A stretch of 64,000 nt of DNA, taken from positions 3,237-67,236 of the forward strand of contig CAVWVJ010000002.1 in NCBI GenBank assembly GCA_963758505.1. The letters are read 5' to 3'. The notes beneath the pieces were generated by a model. That model was not told where the DNA came from. It ran no database searches and was given only the letters and a program-made list of their open reading frames with translations. This stretch comes from an uncultured Acidobacteriaceae bacterium (GTDB taxonomy: Bacteria > Acidobacteriota > Terriglobia > Terriglobales > Acidobacteriaceae). Made by a program: the position numbers and the translations under genes. This document shows positions 18,706 through 27,541 of the stretch, piece after piece (within the stretch, counting starts at the first letter, position 1; each line of letters opens with the position of its first letter).

Positions 18706-19374
18706 CTATGTGAGGAAGAACTCCTTCACAATCCGCTCCTGAGTTGCGGGATCCATTTGCATCAGCAGACCGCTTATCGGAATGCCGCCGTCCTGCGCCA
18801 TGGCGGGCGCATACTGTGAAGCCAACGCGCCCATGCGGTTCAACGTGTTCTGCATCCAGGGCGCCACCAGCGGCCCCTGAATCAGGTTCTTCAGGTTGGT
18901 CTGCATATCAGGCGACTTCACCACGCAGATCCATCCATCTTTATAGGGATCACTGTTCAACAGCGCCGGGTTCTTGATGACCTGATGGTTGAGAGAGACC
19001 ACCACGCCTTCCACCGGCGAAAGCATCTCTACCGATTTGCCTTCACGCGTGACCGTCCAGAGCTTCTGCCCCTGGCGCACCCAGCGGTTCAACTCGACGG
19101 TTTCCACCCGGTCGACCTTGCCGAACAATTGCGCGGCAAAAGCGTCCATGCCGACGCGCGCATTCTGGTGTCCCTCGTCACATACCCAGGCATGCCCCGG
19201 ATGAAACGAGTAGCCAGTCGGAATCTCGAACCCGGCAGTCTTAGTCATGACTGGCGCAGGGGTGCGCAGCCGCGGCGATACCTCCGATTGTGCCTGGAGT
19301 GCCTCGGTGGGACGACGAAAGTACGTGACCGTGATGATCAGTAAGAAGGTAAGAAGTACGAATAAGATCGACAT
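18706..19374 (-). CDS. Membrane-anchored glycine-cleavage H (GcvH)-like domain protein
   Basis: N-terminal TM helix, then HPGHAWV....ARVGMDAFAAQLFG....VEL and EGKSVEMLSPVEGVVVSLN, which resembles the lipoyl-carrier fold. GGAGGG lies 5 nt before the ATG at 19374. Confidence 0.7.
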   Translation of the reverse strand: MSILFVLLTFLLIITVTYFRRPTEALQAQSEVSPRLRTPAPVMTKTAGFEIPTGYSFHPGHAWVCDEGHQNARVGMDAFAAQLFGKVDRVETVELNRWVRQGQKLWTVTREGKSVEMLSPVEGVVVSLNHQVIKNPALLNSDPYKDGWICVVKSPDMQTNLKNLIQGPLVAPWMQNTLNRMGALASQYAPAMAQDGGIPISGLLMQMDPATQERIVKEFFLT

Positions 19375-19699
19375 CGCGCCCTCCTCGATTCTGCGAGGGC
19401 GGTCGCGCCTCACTGCAGAAACCACCTGGCTTGGACCGCGCTCACCTTCTTTCTATGCAGTCACAAGGCCATGTGCGCTTCGATTGCGCTTCATTGAAAA
19501 CAAAGCTGTTGCTGGAGTTTGGTCGAAAATTTTCCCGATTTGGACCACTGCGTTTCGCTCCACCACTGCATTTTGCAGCGGTGCAAACCCGCAGATTGCG
19601 ATAGCACGCAATGCGGACGACGAATCGCTTATCGGAAGACGAGGAATTACGCTAGGAGAATAGCGCTCCACCAGACGACGCTTTGATCAGTGCAGACGT

Positions 19700-20830
19700 T
19701 TACTTGTGGTCCACCGCGCGGACCATGTCATACATCGCATCGAGCAGGTCCTGGGATTTGCCGTCATAATCGCCGCTCAGATCCCACATGAACATGCCGC
19801 CGAAATCCCGCTTCCCGACGACATAGTAGGTCTTCAGTGCCGTGGAGTACGGATCGTCGTAGGTGATGAATCCGTCCTTGCCGCCCGGTCCCTGGTAGAG
19901 CAAATAAGGCTCAGCGGCGGCAGAATCCCAGTGGCGCGCCCATCCCTTTGCGTTCACCCGCTGCTTGATGTACGTCCCGTAATTCCAGGAACCCGCCGCG
20001 CTGCAATCGCCCTTGGGACAGTAGTTCCACAAGTTCTGCACGTTATCGAATTCGTATCCATAAAATGCAGTTCCGATGTTGAGTTTCGCGCGCGGCACGC
20101 CATAGATTTTGTTGTAGAGGTCCATGGAAGTCTTCAGGCTCCCCGCCTGCTCGGGATCCGCGGGATCCTGCAGCAGCGGGGAGTTGAGTCCCGCGTAATC
20201 CATCCATGGTCCCGAGAAGTCGTACGTCATCACGTTAAAGAAATCGACGATCGGCGCCAGTGCCGGCACATCGAACCCCGTGCCGTAGTTTCGAGGATCG
20301 GCGGAAATTGCCATCGAGATCAGCCAGCGTGGCCGCGGCATTTCGCGCCGCAACGCCTCCATCAACATCGTGCAATGGTTCGTATCCTCAGGAGCGTTCG
20401 GAACCTCCCAATCGATATCGATGCCGTCATAGTCATGCGCTACCAGGAACGCATGAATGTTCTTCGCCAGCACGGAGCGCAGGTGAGCACTCCCCGCGAT
20501 CTTGGCAAACGCAGCCGCCTGCGCCGAATCGGCTCCGCCCATCGAGAGGATCACCTTTACCCCTGCTTTATGCGCGTTGCGGTTCAAGGCCGGTTCGATA
20601 AGCTCGGCATCGACCTGCAGCGCACCATTGCCCGACGGGTCGAGCAACAAGAAGGCGTGCAGGATGTGGGTGAGCTTATCGTAAGGAATCTTCTCGGCGT
20701 TGTAAGCCGGCGTCTGATCTTTCGCCCAATCCGGGTAATAGGCCAGCAGCCGTTTGTGACTCTCCGCCAGCGCCGGAACAGCCAACCCAACCAAAAGGAC
20801 GTAAGCGAAGAACCGTTTTGCCAGACCCAT
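19700..20830 (-). CDS. Secreted GH18 chitinase-like glycosidase
   Basis: Signal peptide MGLAKRFFAYVLLVGLAVPALA. GH18 catalytic motif DGIDIDWE. Confidence 0.85.
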   Translation of the reverse strand: MGLAKRFFAYVLLVGLAVPALAESHKRLLAYYPDWAKDQTPAYNAEKIPYDKLTHILHAFLLLDPSGNGALQVDAELIEPALNRNAHKAGVKVILSMGGADSAQAAAFAKIAGSAHLRSVLAKNIHAFLVAHDYDGIDIDWEVPNAPEDTNHCTMLMEALRREMPRPRWLISMAISADPRNYGTGFDVPALAPIVDFFNVMTYDFSGPWMDYAGLNSPLLQDPADPEQAGSLKTSMDLYNKIYGVPRAKLNIGTAFYGYEFDNVQNLWNYCPKGDCSAAGSWNYGTYIKQRVNAKGWARHWDSAAAEPYLLYQGPGGKDGFITYDDPYSTALKTYYVVGKRDFGGMFMWDLSGDYDGKSQDLLDAMYDMVRAVDHK

Positions 20831-21050
20831 CGAAAAGACTCCCTTCCACCGAGTGCGCGCCAGTTTATCGCTGGTTTTAAAACGGTTCAAATAAATTCGA
20901 GAGTTCCTAATTTCGAGGGAACGGCGGTCAATCTCAGTTGCCCTGTCCCTGCGCTCCAGCAAACTGCGCCGCTGCCCTTGACAACTCTTCGGAAAAGAGA
21001 TTTCATCGACAGGATCTTCTATTAATTCGATTTAGTTGAGGGTAAGACCA

Positions 21051-22553
21051 ATGTTGCTCCGTCGCTGCGTTCCCGCCCTGCTCGCACTGTTTTCGCTCGT
21101 CACCCCGGTTTTTTCACAAGCCTCGCCCGAGAAGATCGTTATCAACGTCCAGGCTCCACGGCATCCCTTCCCTCATTTCTGGGAAGAGACCTTCGGTTCC
21201 GGCCGCGCCATTCTTACTTTGCGTGAGGGATATCGCAGCGACCTCCAGGAAGTCAAGAAAGTCACCGATTTCCAATACGTCCGCTTCCACGCCATCCTGC
21301 ACGACGAAGTCGGCGTCTATGACGAGGACAAGAGCGGCAACCCCATCTACAACTTCTCCTACATCGACCAGATCTACGATGGCTTGCTCAAGAACGGGGT
21401 ACGGCCCTTTGTCGAAATCAGCTTCATGCCGAAAAAACTCGCCCTGCGCCAGGACGTACACCCCTTCTGGTACAAGCAGATCGTCTCCCCTCCCAAGGAC
21501 TACAAGAAATGGGACGACCTGATGCATGCCTTTGCACAGCACCTTGTCGATCGCTATGGCATCGATGAAGTGGCACAGTGGTATTTCGAAGTCTGGAACG
21601 AACCCAACATAGACTTCTGGTCCGGCGTTCCAAAGCAGGCTACTTACTTCGAACTGTATGACCATACGGCACGCGCGTTGAAGGCAGTGAGTCCGCGTCT
21701 GCGCGTCGGCGGTCCGGCTACCGCTGCCGCCCACTGGATTCCCGAATTTCTCCAGCACACCTCCGCGGAAAACGTGCCTCTCGACTTCGTCTCCACCCAC
21801 GGCTACGCCGACGACACCGTGCAGGACCTCTTCGGCACGGACGAGGACATTCCCTTGGACCGCCGTGTCTGCGCTGCAATCAAGAAGGTGCACGATGAGA
21901 TCGGAGCCTCCAGGCGTCCGCATTTGCCCCTGATGTGGACAGAATGGAATGTCCCGTCTTTCGATAAGCTCAACGCCCGCGACACCATCTACGTCGGAGC
22001 CGCGCTCGCCGACGATATCCAGCAGTGTGACGGCCTCGTGAACATGATGTCGTTCTGGACCTTCAGCGACGTCTTCGAAGAGAACGGTCCCGGCAAGGAA
22101 CCTTTCGATGGCAGCTTCGGCTTGATGGCGCTCGGTGGAATCAAGAAGCCGAGCTACGCCGACTTCGCCCTGCTGCACAAACTTGGGAACGAACGCGTTG
22201 AGCAGAACACTCCCGGCATCCTGGTTACCCGCCGCACGGACGGTTCCCTTGCGATCGCGCTTTGGAACCTGGTCGACCCTGATAAGCAAGGCGCCACGCG
22301 CAGCGTGCAGCTCGATCTGCACGGTATCTCGGCCGACAGTCGTGTGCGCTTAAGCCGCGTCGATGCGGAGCACGGCAACACTCTGGCTGCCTATAAGAAG
22401 ATGGGAAGTCCCCGCTATCCCACACCGCCGCAGGTCAAAGAATTGAACCGCGTCGCCGACGCTGACAGCTCTGAAACTCTGACGCTCTCGCATGGAACGA
22501 TCAAGCTGGAACTGCCGGTAAATGCGGTGTTTCTGCTGGAGATCGGCAAATAA
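21051..22553 (+). CDS. Secreted GH39-like glycoside hydrolase (beta-xylosidase family)
   Basis: Signal peptide. WYFEVWNEPN acid/base motif and a later TEWN nucleophile-like motif. Confidence 0.8.
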   Translation: MLLRRCVPALLALFSLVTPVFSQASPEKIVINVQAPRHPFPHFWEETFGSGRAILTLREGYRSDLQEVKKVTDFQYVRFHAILHDEVGVYDEDKSGNPIYNFSYIDQIYDGLLKNGVRPFVEISFMPKKLALRQDVHPFWYKQIVSPPKDYKKWDDLMHAFAQHLVDRYGIDEVAQWYFEVWNEPNIDFWSGVPKQATYFELYDHTARALKAVSPRLRVGGPATAAAHWIPEFLQHTSAENVPLDFVSTHGYADDTVQDLFGTDEDIPLDRRVCAAIKKVHDEIGASRRPHLPLMWTEWNVPSFDKLNARDTIYVGAALADDIQQCDGLVNMMSFWTFSDVFEENGPGKEPFDGSFGLMALGGIKKPSYADFALLHKLGNERVEQNTPGILVTRRTDGSLAIALWNLVDPDKQGATRSVQLDLHGISADSRVRLSRVDAEHGNTLAAYKKMGSPRYPTPPQVKELNRVADADSSETLTLSHGTIKLELPVNAVFLLEIGK

Positions 22554-22683
22554 GCGTCGTCCCTCGGGTCTCCGCTTTTCGGGATCTCCGCGCTTTGCCC
22601 GCTCCGTCTTGTGCGCCGGGCGACGTTGGTATCGAGGCTCGACTTCAATCACGCATCCTGCGTTTCTGTCCAAGGACAGAGTT

Positions 22684-22750
22684 TTGTATCAGGACACGAC
22701 TTTAGTCGTGCCGCCACGAGCACTCAAAATCGGGCTTTAGCCCCTGCAGG
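22684..22750. repeat. Intergenic repeat: hairpin module plus gggct(t)tagcccctgca module
   Basis: ttgtatcaggacacgactttagtcgtgcc ... gggctttagcccctgcagg. The same modules occur at 1917-2555, 44703-44935 and 56900-57280. Confidence 0.85.
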
Positions 22751-22796
22751 CCCGCGAGGGCGCACGAGGAGATGCGTCAACCGATCGAAATTCGTT

Positions 22797-24185
22797 TTAG
22801 TGTGCGACCGCGCTCTCTTCCGGAATGCGCTTCAACCTTCGCGCCAGCGAAGTTGGATGGATCCCGAGAATCCGTGCGGCATGCGTTTTGTTATTCCCAG
22901 TCGCGGTGAGTACTTCCAGGATGTACCGGTCTTCCAACTCTTCGAGCGTGACGAACGGCGTGTTTAACGACGAGATCTCGATCTCCGGCGGAGCTTCCGG
23001 AGGCGCCTCGAATTCGCGAATCTCCTGCGGCAGATCGTTGATATCGATCTCTCCCTCGTTGGCAAGGATCATGGTCCGTTCAATCACGTTACGAAGTTCG
23101 CGAATGTTTCCCGGCCACGCATAGGCGCGCAACGAATCGGCAGCCGCCGGCGTCATCCCGGTGAAATTCTTCTTCAGGTCCTTGTTGAAGCGCTTCATGA
23201 TGTCGAGCGCCAGGGGCACGATGTCTTCCTTGCGTTCGCGCAGCGCCGGAATAAAAATCGGCATCACGTTCAAACGATAGAACAGGTCATCGCGAAACTC
23301 GCCACGGGACACGGCGTCCTTGAGCACCTTGTTCGTCGCCGCGATGATGCGTACGTCCACCTGGATTGTCCGCGTCCCCCCCAGGCGCATGAAGTTCCCT
23401 TCTTCCAGAACGCGCAATAGCTTCGCCTGCACGCTGAACGACATGTTGCCGATCTCGTCGAGAAACAACGTCCCCGAGCTCGCCTTTTCCAGCAGGCCTT
23501 CCTTGCGGCGCCGTGCATCCGTAAATGCACCCGGCTCGTAGCCAAAGAGTTCGCTCTCCAGCAAGTTGTCGGGTAGCGCGGCGCAATTCAGCGAGAGCAG
23601 CGGCGCCTGCGCGCGCGGGCTGTAATAGTGAATGGTCTTCGCCATCACCTCTTTGCCGGTGCCGCTTTCGCCCTGGATCAGGATGGTTGTCTTGTCCGAC
23701 TCGGCGGCCTTCTTCGCCTGCTCCAACATCGCGGCCAGCGCCGGATTTCGCGTAACAACTCGTCCGAAGTCATAACGGCCGCGCGCATCCTGCACCGATT
23801 CGCGAACCCTCAGGCGCAGTGCCAGCACCTCGCTGGCACGTCCGATCGTGTTCACCATGTCGGTCACGTGGAACGGCTTGGTCAGGTAATCGTAGGCGCC
23901 GAGTTTTATTGCCTCTACCGCGCGTTCTACCACTCGATACGCGCTCATCATCACGACGACAATCGACGAGTCCTGGCGCTTTAGTTGACGCAGTACTTCT
24001 ACGCCATCGATGCCCGGGAGCACCACGTCGAGCAGCGCAATATCCGGATGCTCTTTGGCTGCGATCTCCAGCGCCTGCTCTCCGCTCTGCGCCAGGAAAA
24101 TTTCATATCCCTCGGCCTCCAGCGCCCGGCTGATCGTGCGCAGGGTTAGCGCCTCATCATCGACGATCAGGATCGAATACGCCAT
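22797..24185 (-). CDS. Sigma-54-dependent response regulator (NtrC family)
   Basis: REC domain, AAA+ domain (GESGTGKE, GAFTDA variant of GAFTGA, ESELFG) and a C-terminal Fis-type HTH. Confidence 0.9.
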   Translation of the reverse strand: MAYSILIVDDEALTLRTISRALEAEGYEIFLAQSGEQALEIAAKEHPDIALLDVVLPGIDGVEVLRQLKRQDSSIVVVMMSAYRVVERAVEAIKLGAYDYLTKPFHVTDMVNTIGRASEVLALRLRVRESVQDARGRYDFGRVVTRNPALAAMLEQAKKAAESDKTTILIQGESGTGKEVMAKTIHYYSPRAQAPLLSLNCAALPDNLLESELFGYEPGAFTDARRRKEGLLEKASSGTLFLDEIGNMSFSVQAKLLRVLEEGNFMRLGGTRTIQVDVRIIAATNKVLKDAVSRGEFRDDLFYRLNVMPIFIPALRERKEDIVPLALDIMKRFNKDLKKNFTGMTPAAADSLRAYAWPGNIRELRNVIERTMILANEGEIDINDLPQEIREFEAPPEAPPEIEISSLNTPFVTLEELEDRYILEVLTATGNNKTHAARILGIHPTSLARRLKRIPEESAVAH

Positions 24186-25228
24186 CAGACCACCACCTCT
24201 TCGTCCACCGATACTGCGCGGCCCTCCTGGTGGATCGGCAGCACGATGCGTATCGTCGTGCCGCGGTTCGGCAGGCTCTCCACGTGGATGGCCCCGTTGT
24301 GGCTACGCACATAAGCCTGGCTGATGCTCAGCCCGAGGCCGGTGCCTTGATTGCGCTTGGTGGTGAAGAATGGCTCAAAGACATGCGGCAGGATGTCGGC
24401 TGGAATCCCGCAGCCCGTATCGCTCACCCGCAATTCGATCTTGTCGTTGAACTTCACTTTCTCCGCGGCGATCGTCACCGTTCCACCGGGAGGCGTGGCC
24501 TGCGCGGCATTGAGCAGCAGGTTCATCAGGACCTGCGAGATCTGGTTCGCATCCGCCGTAATGGCCGGCAGCTCCGAGGGAACTCGATTCTCGAGCCGTA
24601 TGGCGCGAAACATCGGCTGATGAGCGATAAACGCCACCGTTTCCGCAACCAGGTGATCGAGATGAATCCGGCCGAGCAACAACGGCCCGGGACGCGCATA
24701 ATTCAGCAGCCCCCGCACCGCCGACGAAATGCGCTTTGCGCCCTCGATGCATTGATCGATCTCCTCGCGAGCGTTGGAATCGATCGCGCTCTTCCTCTCC
24801 CATTCCAGGTGCGAGAGAATTCCCAGCAGTGGGTTATTGATTTCGTGTGCCGCGCCTAACGCAAGTTGCGCCAGCGCGGCATATTTCTCGTAGTCCGCCA
24901 GTTGCGCTTCGAACTGAATCTTCTCCTTCGCCAGCTCGCGCTCTTCCTCCAGGCGCCGGACCAGTTCCTGCTGCGCGAGATCGCGTTCGTGCTCGCTGTG
25001 TTCCGCCAGTTCGAAGGTGATGTTCATCTGGCGAAAAAGCCGCCGATACTGCTTTCGCGCCAAGACGTAAAGCACCAGGCCGCCCAGGAGTCCGGCAGCT
25101 AAGCCAAACAGTACGGTTTTCAGGGTTGGAGCGAATATCGAGTCGTGATCGAAAACCGCGAACAGTCCTAGGAGCGGAGCGCTACTGCTGTCTCCGTGAA
25201 GGCCGAGCGCGTTGGAGACCCGGTCCAT
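24185..25228 (-). CDS. Sensor histidine kinase (cognate of the NtrC-type regulator)
   Basis: TM helix, coiled-coil, H-box AAHEINNPL and HATPase motifs (DTGCGI, GTGLGLS). The stop overlaps the regulator start by 1 nt. Confidence 0.85.
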   Translation of the reverse strand: MDRVSNALGLHGDSSSAPLLGLFAVFDHDSIFAPTLKTVLFGLAAGLLGGLVLYVLARKQYRRLFRQMNITFELAEHSEHERDLAQQELVRRLEEERELAKEKIQFEAQLADYEKYAALAQLALGAAHEINNPLLGILSHLEWERKSAIDSNAREEIDQCIEGAKRISSAVRGLLNYARPGPLLLGRIHLDHLVAETVAFIAHQPMFRAIRLENRVPSELPAITADANQISQVLMNLLLNAAQATPPGGTVTIAAEKVKFNDKIELRVSDTGCGIPADILPHVFEPFFTTKRNQGTGLGLSISQAYVRSHNGAIHVESLPNRGTTIRIVLPIHQEGRAVSVDEEVVV

Positions 25229-25321
25229 GGCTTCTGGCTAAAACGTAGATGGAGTGGGAGTTCTCGGCAGTGACTGGGGTCACCCAGAGCTGTGCGCCAG
25301 GTCGGTCAGGGTTTTCAGCAG

Positions 25322-25360
25322 GCACAAAAGGTAAAGGGCTAGAGCATTTCGCTCTAGCCC
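25322..25360 (-). terminator. Intrinsic terminator (minus strand) ~315 nt downstream of the methyltransferase gene
   Basis: The minus strand reads GGGCTAGAGCgaaatGCTCTAGCCCtttacctttt: perfect 10-bp stem followed by a T-rich tail. Confidence 0.65.
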
Positions 25361-25676
25361 TACCTATGGCTTGTACCCTCCCCCGAGTACTTGCCTTTGC
25401 ACGGGATGTCCCGGTCCCGTGTTGCCACTAAACTCTGTGGCTCGCTCGAATGCTCTTGATAATGCAAGGGCCTTGCCAAACTCGATGAGAATCGTTTCGC
25501 TCCGTAGAATCAGCCACTTACATCGTCACCCAAAAGTAGTAAGAGAAACGAAAATTGGGATACTGACAAAATCCGTCAGTTTGAGATGACGAAAAATGGC
25601 AGCAGCAGCACTGGTTGACTCGGAAAATGAGAAAGTTTCGCGATAACCGCAACCGACGGGGAATCCAAATTAAGGC

Positions 25677-26345
25677 TTAGCGAACCACGAGGACTTCGCG
25701 GATGTTGTCACGGCCCAGGAAGAACTTAATCGAAGCATAGTCCCGGAACAGGTTCTCGATGTTGCGGTTGTTGAAGACCCTTTGCAGAGAAAAGTTCGGC
25801 CCGCGCTGCAATTCCAGCGTCTCCGGATCTCCCACATGATAGCGATAATACGGGGCGTCGGCGCCCGCATCCTTAGTGTGAAAGAACGCCAACAAGATCC
25901 CTCCCGGCTTCATGATGGTATGCAGGCGCTCGATCGTCGGCTTAACCACTTCTTCCGGAAGATAATCCAGGACGTCCCACGCCATCACCGCATCGAACTT
26001 TTCCCGCTCATGACGTAGGTTTTCGCCCACATAACGGCTCAGGTCCACGACTTTCTGGCCCTCTTTGCCGGGCTCCTCCGACGGGATCTTGAGCTCCGGG
26101 CGGCCGGCCTCGGTGAGGAGATCTTCGTTGTAGATCCGGTGGCCGCGTTCCGTGATGTGCTTAATGTTATCGGGCGAGGTCGGGCCGAGATCGAGAACCC
26201 AGATGTTTTCTTCCCGGCCGATCGTCTTCATGAACTGCTGGAAGCCAGTCGAGCGTCTCTGAATACGCTCCTTGGAGGAGTGCCCTCCGCCGTTAGCGGA
26301 TTTCTCCCCGCGCCCAAAGAGCCTTTCTAGGAATCCAGAAGCCAC
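25677..26345 (-). CDS. Class I SAM-dependent methyltransferase
   Basis: Motif I-like VLDLGPTSP and a downstream acidic loop (IYNEDL), with motif post-I/II spacing typical of the Methyltransf_11/23 type. Confidence 0.75.
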   Translation of the reverse strand: MASGFLERLFGRGEKSANGGGHSSKERIQRRSTGFQQFMKTIGREENIWVLDLGPTSPDNIKHITERGHRIYNEDLLTEAGRPELKIPSEEPGKEGQKVVDLSRYVGENLRHEREKFDAVMAWDVLDYLPEEVVKPTIERLHTIMKPGGILLAFFHTKDAGADAPYYRYHVGDPETLELQRGPNFSLQRVFNNRNIENLFRDYASIKFFLGRDNIREVLVVR

Positions 26346-26433
26346 ACGACCATTGTAAATGGTCAGAGTAGATCATGCTCCTCTCGATAGACCATAGACT
26401 TCGGAGGCCTTCAACGCTACGAAGGCTGGCGTC

Positions 26434-26871
26434 CTATTTGGGTCCGGTAAAGGGCGGGTTTGTTCCTGGATTGCTGGCCGGTGGATGCGCGGCAGCGGCT
26501 GCCGCTTCCTTCGGTGGCTCAGGCGTCGCCTCCACCCTCGGCTCCGGCTCCGGCTTTTGAACGTCAACCGCCCCCTTGAAGAAGGCTCCATCCTCAATCC
26601 GCACGCGTTGGGTGACAATGTCCCCATTGAGCACTCCCGACTGCTTCAGCTCCACGCGTGCCGAACCGCGGATGTTCCCATCCACCCGGCCATGAATGAT
26701 CACTTCCTTGGCGTTCACATTGGCGCGAATACGGCCATGCGGACCAATGGTCAGCGAATGGTGGTGCAGCTCGATGCTGCCTTCGACCTCTCCGTCAACA
26801 TAGAGGTCTTCGCTGCCTGAAAGCTCGCCGCGAATCATCACGGACTTTCCAATATTGGCGATATCGGCCAT
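26434..26871 (-). CDS. Bactofilin-family cytoskeletal protein
   Basis: Repetitive beta-helix motif (IRGELSGSEDLYVDGEVEGSI..IHGRVDGNI..VLNGDIV) and a Pro/Ala-rich C-terminal tail. GGAGG lies 10 nt upstream of the ATG at 26871. Confidence 0.85.
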   Translation of the reverse strand: MADIANIGKSVMIRGELSGSEDLYVDGEVEGSIELHHHSLTIGPHGRIRANVNAKEVIIHGRVDGNIRGSARVELKQSGVLNGDIVTQRVRIEDGAFFKGAVDVQKPEPEPRVEATPEPPKEAAAAAAHPPASNPGTNPPFTGPK

Positions 26872-27183
26872 TTCGGGAGGACCTCCGTCTTTCAATTACC
26901 TGAATGAAGGATCGAGCGGCGCTGTTAGCTTAGGCGAGTGTTTTGCGGCGCGCAAGAGCAAACCCTCGTATCTCAATGAATCCCCTCACCTTTTGAACCT
27001 CAGCCCAGGCGCACCACAAAATCTGAGCGCCATTTCCTCTGCCCATCGGGAACTCAAGTACGCAGGGATGGTATCGCGAGGGACACCTTTCAGCACGGCG
27101 ATGGCACTTCCGACATTCTTTTCCTCGAAAGACAAAAATAGAAAACTAAGTCATTGATTCCAATATCTTTCTTGCGGGAGTTC

Positions 27184-27403
27184 GGAGCTGAGTGGCTGCC
27201 CTGCTTTGGCCCCGGATGTGCTGTAGAGAAGTTCATCGGCTGGCTGGAAGGTCGCACGCCGGAACGGAACCGAAAACCAGGGGAACAGCGGTTTTGTTCA
27301 GTGGCATGCGAATGCAAAACTAATGGGACTGCCTTCTTCCGGCCAGCCGACTCAGTTTGCTCTTCTCCGCTGAACGGCCGACGCTTGTCGGCCATTTTTT
27401 TTT
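27184..27403 (+). ncRNA. Candidate structured RNA or attenuator leader ending in a strong terminator (class unknown)
   Basis: Long-range pairing 27188-27198 with 27344-27355. A competing pairing 27236-27251 with 27332-27350 uses the same 3' segment. Internal hairpins are present, followed by the terminator at 27376-27403. Confidence 0.35.
27376..27403 (+). terminator. Rho-independent terminator
   Basis: GGCCGACgcttGTCGGCC, then A and a run of nine T. Confidence 0.85.
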
Positions 27404-27541
27404 GCTCTGTTGCGCTGGAGAAGGTCCGAGCCTCGGCGCGTACCGAATCTCTAACCTCTAGGCTACATTCGAAAAGCAACGACGGAAGAGGCATTACCGT
27501 CTAACCATGCAGAGTAGAATCTCACTAGGAGCCGCATCGGG

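Noticed and set aside
25361-25676. tmRNA (the minus strand contains ggctgattct, reminiscent of the tmRNA 5' end; the plus strand has gcagcagcagca)
   Set aside because: There is no tRNA-like 3' end (no GGTTCGA.TCC...CCA acceptor/T-arm) and no plausible tag reading frame ending in ..ALAA. The similarity is limited to about 10 nt.
27302-27316. Sigma-54-like promoter TGGCATGcgaaTGCA
   Set aside because: The GG-to-GC spacing is one nucleotide short of the consensus and there is no TTGC. It lies inside the candidate structured RNA.
27154-27504. 116-aa plus-strand ORF in the 26.9-27.5 kb gap
   Set aside because: It reads straight through a strong intrinsic terminator (stem plus T9) and has odd Cys/Phe/Arg-rich composition. 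An RNA-level explanation is favoured.
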